A stretch of 64,000 nucleotides of DNA, from NCBI GenBank assembly GCA_963845755.1, contig CAWJTV010000020.1, positions 512,001-576,000 on the forward strand. Reading direction: 5' to 3'. Positions 62,055 through 64,000 of the stretch are shown in pieces. Position numbers and translations under genes: made by a program. Each line of letters opens with the position of its first letter. Within the stretch, counting starts at the first letter, position 1. Below the pieces are notes generated by a model. It was not told the DNA's origin. It saw nothing but the letters and a program-made list of their open reading frames with translations, and ran no database searches. This DNA comes from an uncultured Planctomycetota bacterium. Lineage in GTDB: Bacteria > Planctomycetota > Planctomycetia > Isosphaerales > Isosphaeraceae.

Positions 62055-64000
62055 CTACGCCCCGATCTCGGCCATCCGTTCGAACTCGGCCTCGTCGACG
62101 ATCGGAATCCCGAGCTGCCTGGCCTTGTCGAGCTTGCTGCCGGCTTTCTCTCCGGCCAGGACGTAGCTGGTCACCTTGGAAACCGATCCGCTGATCTTGC
62201 CGCCCCGCTCCTTGATGATGGCCTCGGCCTCCTCGCGGGAGCGCTTGGGGAGCGTACCGGTCAAGACGAAGGTCTTGTCGGCGAACACCAGCTTGCCGCC
62301 ACTGGCCTGGACTGGCTGGACGGTCTGCGGGGTAACGCCGACATCTCGGAGTTCGTCGAGCAGCTTCTGGTGCTCGGGGTCCTGGAAATACGCATGGATG
62401 CTGGCCGCGACGACGGGCCCGACCTCGGGGATCGCCTCGAGCTCAGGGAGCGTCATCTTACGCAGCTTGTCTATCGTCTGGACCCGCTCGGCGATGATCT
62501 CGGCCATCCGAGTGCCGACGTGCCGGATCGTCAGTCCGGTGAGGAACCGGTCGAGAGTTCGGGTCTTGCTGTCTTCCAGTCCCTTGACCAGGTTGTCGGC
62601 CGACTTCTTTCCCATACGCTCCAGATCGGCCAGGGTGGTGGCCTCGAGCCGGTAAAGGTCGGCGAGGCTTCGCACCAGTCCCTTGTCTATCAGTTGATTG
62701 ATCAGCTTCTCTCCTAGTCCGTCGATGTCCATGGCATCGCGGTGGGCATACCATCGCATCCATTCCTTGAGCTGGTCCGGGCATCGCGACGGCGAACTCG
62801 TGCAGTAGAAATCGACCTCATCAGCCGTGCGCTCGACCTTCGCGCCGCAACTGGGGCAGCTCCGCGGGAAGTGGAAGAGCGTCTCATCGCCGTTCCGCGC
62901 ATCGGCCTCGACGCGGACGACCTGAGGGATGATCTCGCCGGCCTTTTGAATCACGACCGCGTCGCCGACCCGGACATCCTTGCGCTCGATCTCATCGGCA
63001 TTGTGCAGGCTGGCCCGCTTCACCGTTGTGCCGGCCAGGAGTACCGGCTCCAGCTCGGCGACCGGGGTCAGTTTACCCGTCTTGCCGACCTGCACGGTGA
63101 TCCCCACGAGCCGCGTGACGGCTTGCTCGGCCTCGTATTTGAAAGCAATGGTCCAACGCGGGCTCTTGCTCCGCGCGCCCAACCGCTCGCGCTGGCTGAG
63201 GTCGTCGACTTTCACCACCAGGCCGTCGGTTTGAAAGTCGAGCGTGTTGCGCCGTTCACTCCAGTTCTGGGCATGCTCGATGACCTGATCGATCGTTTCG
63301 TAGCAGGCGGTGTAAGCGCTAACGGGAATGCCCCAGCTCTTCATCAGGCGGGTGATGGCATGATACGAACGTTCGTCGATCCCTTCATATTCACCCAGGC
63401 CGTGCGAGACGAAACGGAGCCGCCGCTGTCCGCAGAGCTTCGAGTCGAGGAGCTTGAGCGAGCCGGCCGTCGAGTTCCGCGGATTCGCGAACGGGAGCTC
63501 CTCGGCGGCGCGGCGCAGCTCGTTGAGCCGGACCAACTCGGAGTTGGTCATGTAGACCTCGCCTCGAACCTCCAGTAACGGGGCGGAGCAGTTCTGGAGG
63601 ACCAGCGGGATTTCCCGGACGGTCTTCAGATTCGCCGTGATGTCATCGCCGCGCTCGCCATCACCGCGCGTCGCCCCCAGGATCAGTCGCCCATGTTCAT
63701 AACGGAGCGAGACCGCCACTCCGTCGACCTTGAGCTCGACCACATCGCGCAGCGGCTCGTCGCGATTCAGTCCCCGACGGACACGGGCATCCCACTCACG
63801 GACCTCGTCGTAGGAATACGTATTGTCGATCGAGAGCATCGGGACGATGTGGCGAACGGTTGCGAAGGCCCCCAGGGGTTGACCACCGACCCGTTGCGTG
63901 GGGCTATCCGGCGTCACCAGCTCCGGATGCTGGACCTCCAGCTCCATGAGCCGATCCATCATGCGATCATATTCACGGTCGCTGATCGCCGGCTGGGCCT
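62055..64000 (-). CDS. ligA: NAD-dependent DNA ligase; 5' end beyond the window
   Basis: SPTQRVGG; MLSIDN; ELKVDG; RGDG; EVRGE; NPRN; AFKY; CPSC zinc finger; HhH; BRCT (FVLTG..SVSK..AGSKL). Confidence 0.97.
   Translation of the reverse strand, partial: AQPAISDREYDRMMDRLMELEVQHPELVTPDSPTQRVGGQPLGAFATVRHIVPMLSIDNTYSYDEVREWDARVRRGLNRDEPLRDVVELKVDGVAVSLRYEHGRLILGATRGDGERGDDITANLKTVREIPLVLQNCSAPLLEVRGEVYMTNSELVRLNELRRAAEELPFANPRNSTAGSLKLLDSKLCGQRRLRFVSHGLGEYEGIDERSYHAITRLMKSWGIPVSAYTACYETIDQVIEHAQNWSERRNTLDFQTDGLVVKVDDLSQRERLGARSKSPRWTIAFKYEAEQAVTRLVGITVQVGKTGKLTPVAELEPVLLAGTTVKRASLHNADEIERKDVRVGDAVVIQKAGEIIPQVVRVEADARNGDETLFHFPRSCPSCGAKVERTADEVDFYCTSSPSRCPDQLKEWMRWYAHRDAMDIDGLGEKLINQLIDKGLVRSLADLYRLEATTLADLERMGKKSADNLVKGLEDSKTRTLDRFLTGLTIRHVGTRMAEIIAERVQTIDKLRKMTLPELEAIPEVGPVVAASIHAYFQDPEHQKLLDELRDVGVTPQTVQPVQASGGKLVFADKTFVLTGTLPKRSREEAEAIIKERGGKISGSVSKVTSYVLAGEKAGSKLDKARQLGIPIVDEAEFERMAEIGA

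Noticed and set aside
1..64000. tRNA, rRNA, riboswitch, prophage or known defence-system genes
   Set aside because: None recognised by eye; a tRNAscan/Infernal/DefenseFinder run would be needed to exclude them formally.

Overview
High-GC chromosomal window from a planctomycete. This is inferred from DUF1559, DUF1549/DUF1553+DUF1501, DUF1592+DUF1552 and DUF1573 genes plus an LEPRxLL-type signal; Isosphaeraceae is plausible but unproven. It runs from the 3' part of a quinol-dependent NO reductase (qNor) to the 3' part of ligA. In between are ~55 genes, mostly accessory or housekeeping: lpxA, aldo-keto reductase, HAL2-like nucleotidase, LMF, IorAB-like molybdoenzyme, amn, AGE epimerase, TPR-glycosyltransferase, GH99-like and GH5 hydrolases, cNMP-TrxB, recQ, YciI/ECF42 and an ArsR-SRPBCC-BNR-MoaD-methyltransferase operon. 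About 15 genes carry single-base frameshifts, most likely long-read assembly errors. The 4.2-12.8 kb segment looks like an island. It holds a complete IS481-like element (TG..CA ends, 7-bp TSD) nested in an IS5 remnant. It also holds an uncharacterised DUF1573 / Cys-rich secreted peptide / membrane-anchored protein / DUF1559 pseudopilin operon preceded by a C13 tract, followed by gene debris and a 42-bp-period repeat. Two copies of a composite heptamer-hairpin plus palindrome repeat lie at 17.2 and 39.7 kb. No rRNA, tRNA or CRISPR array was recognised. All family calls come from motif recognition by eye, not database searches.
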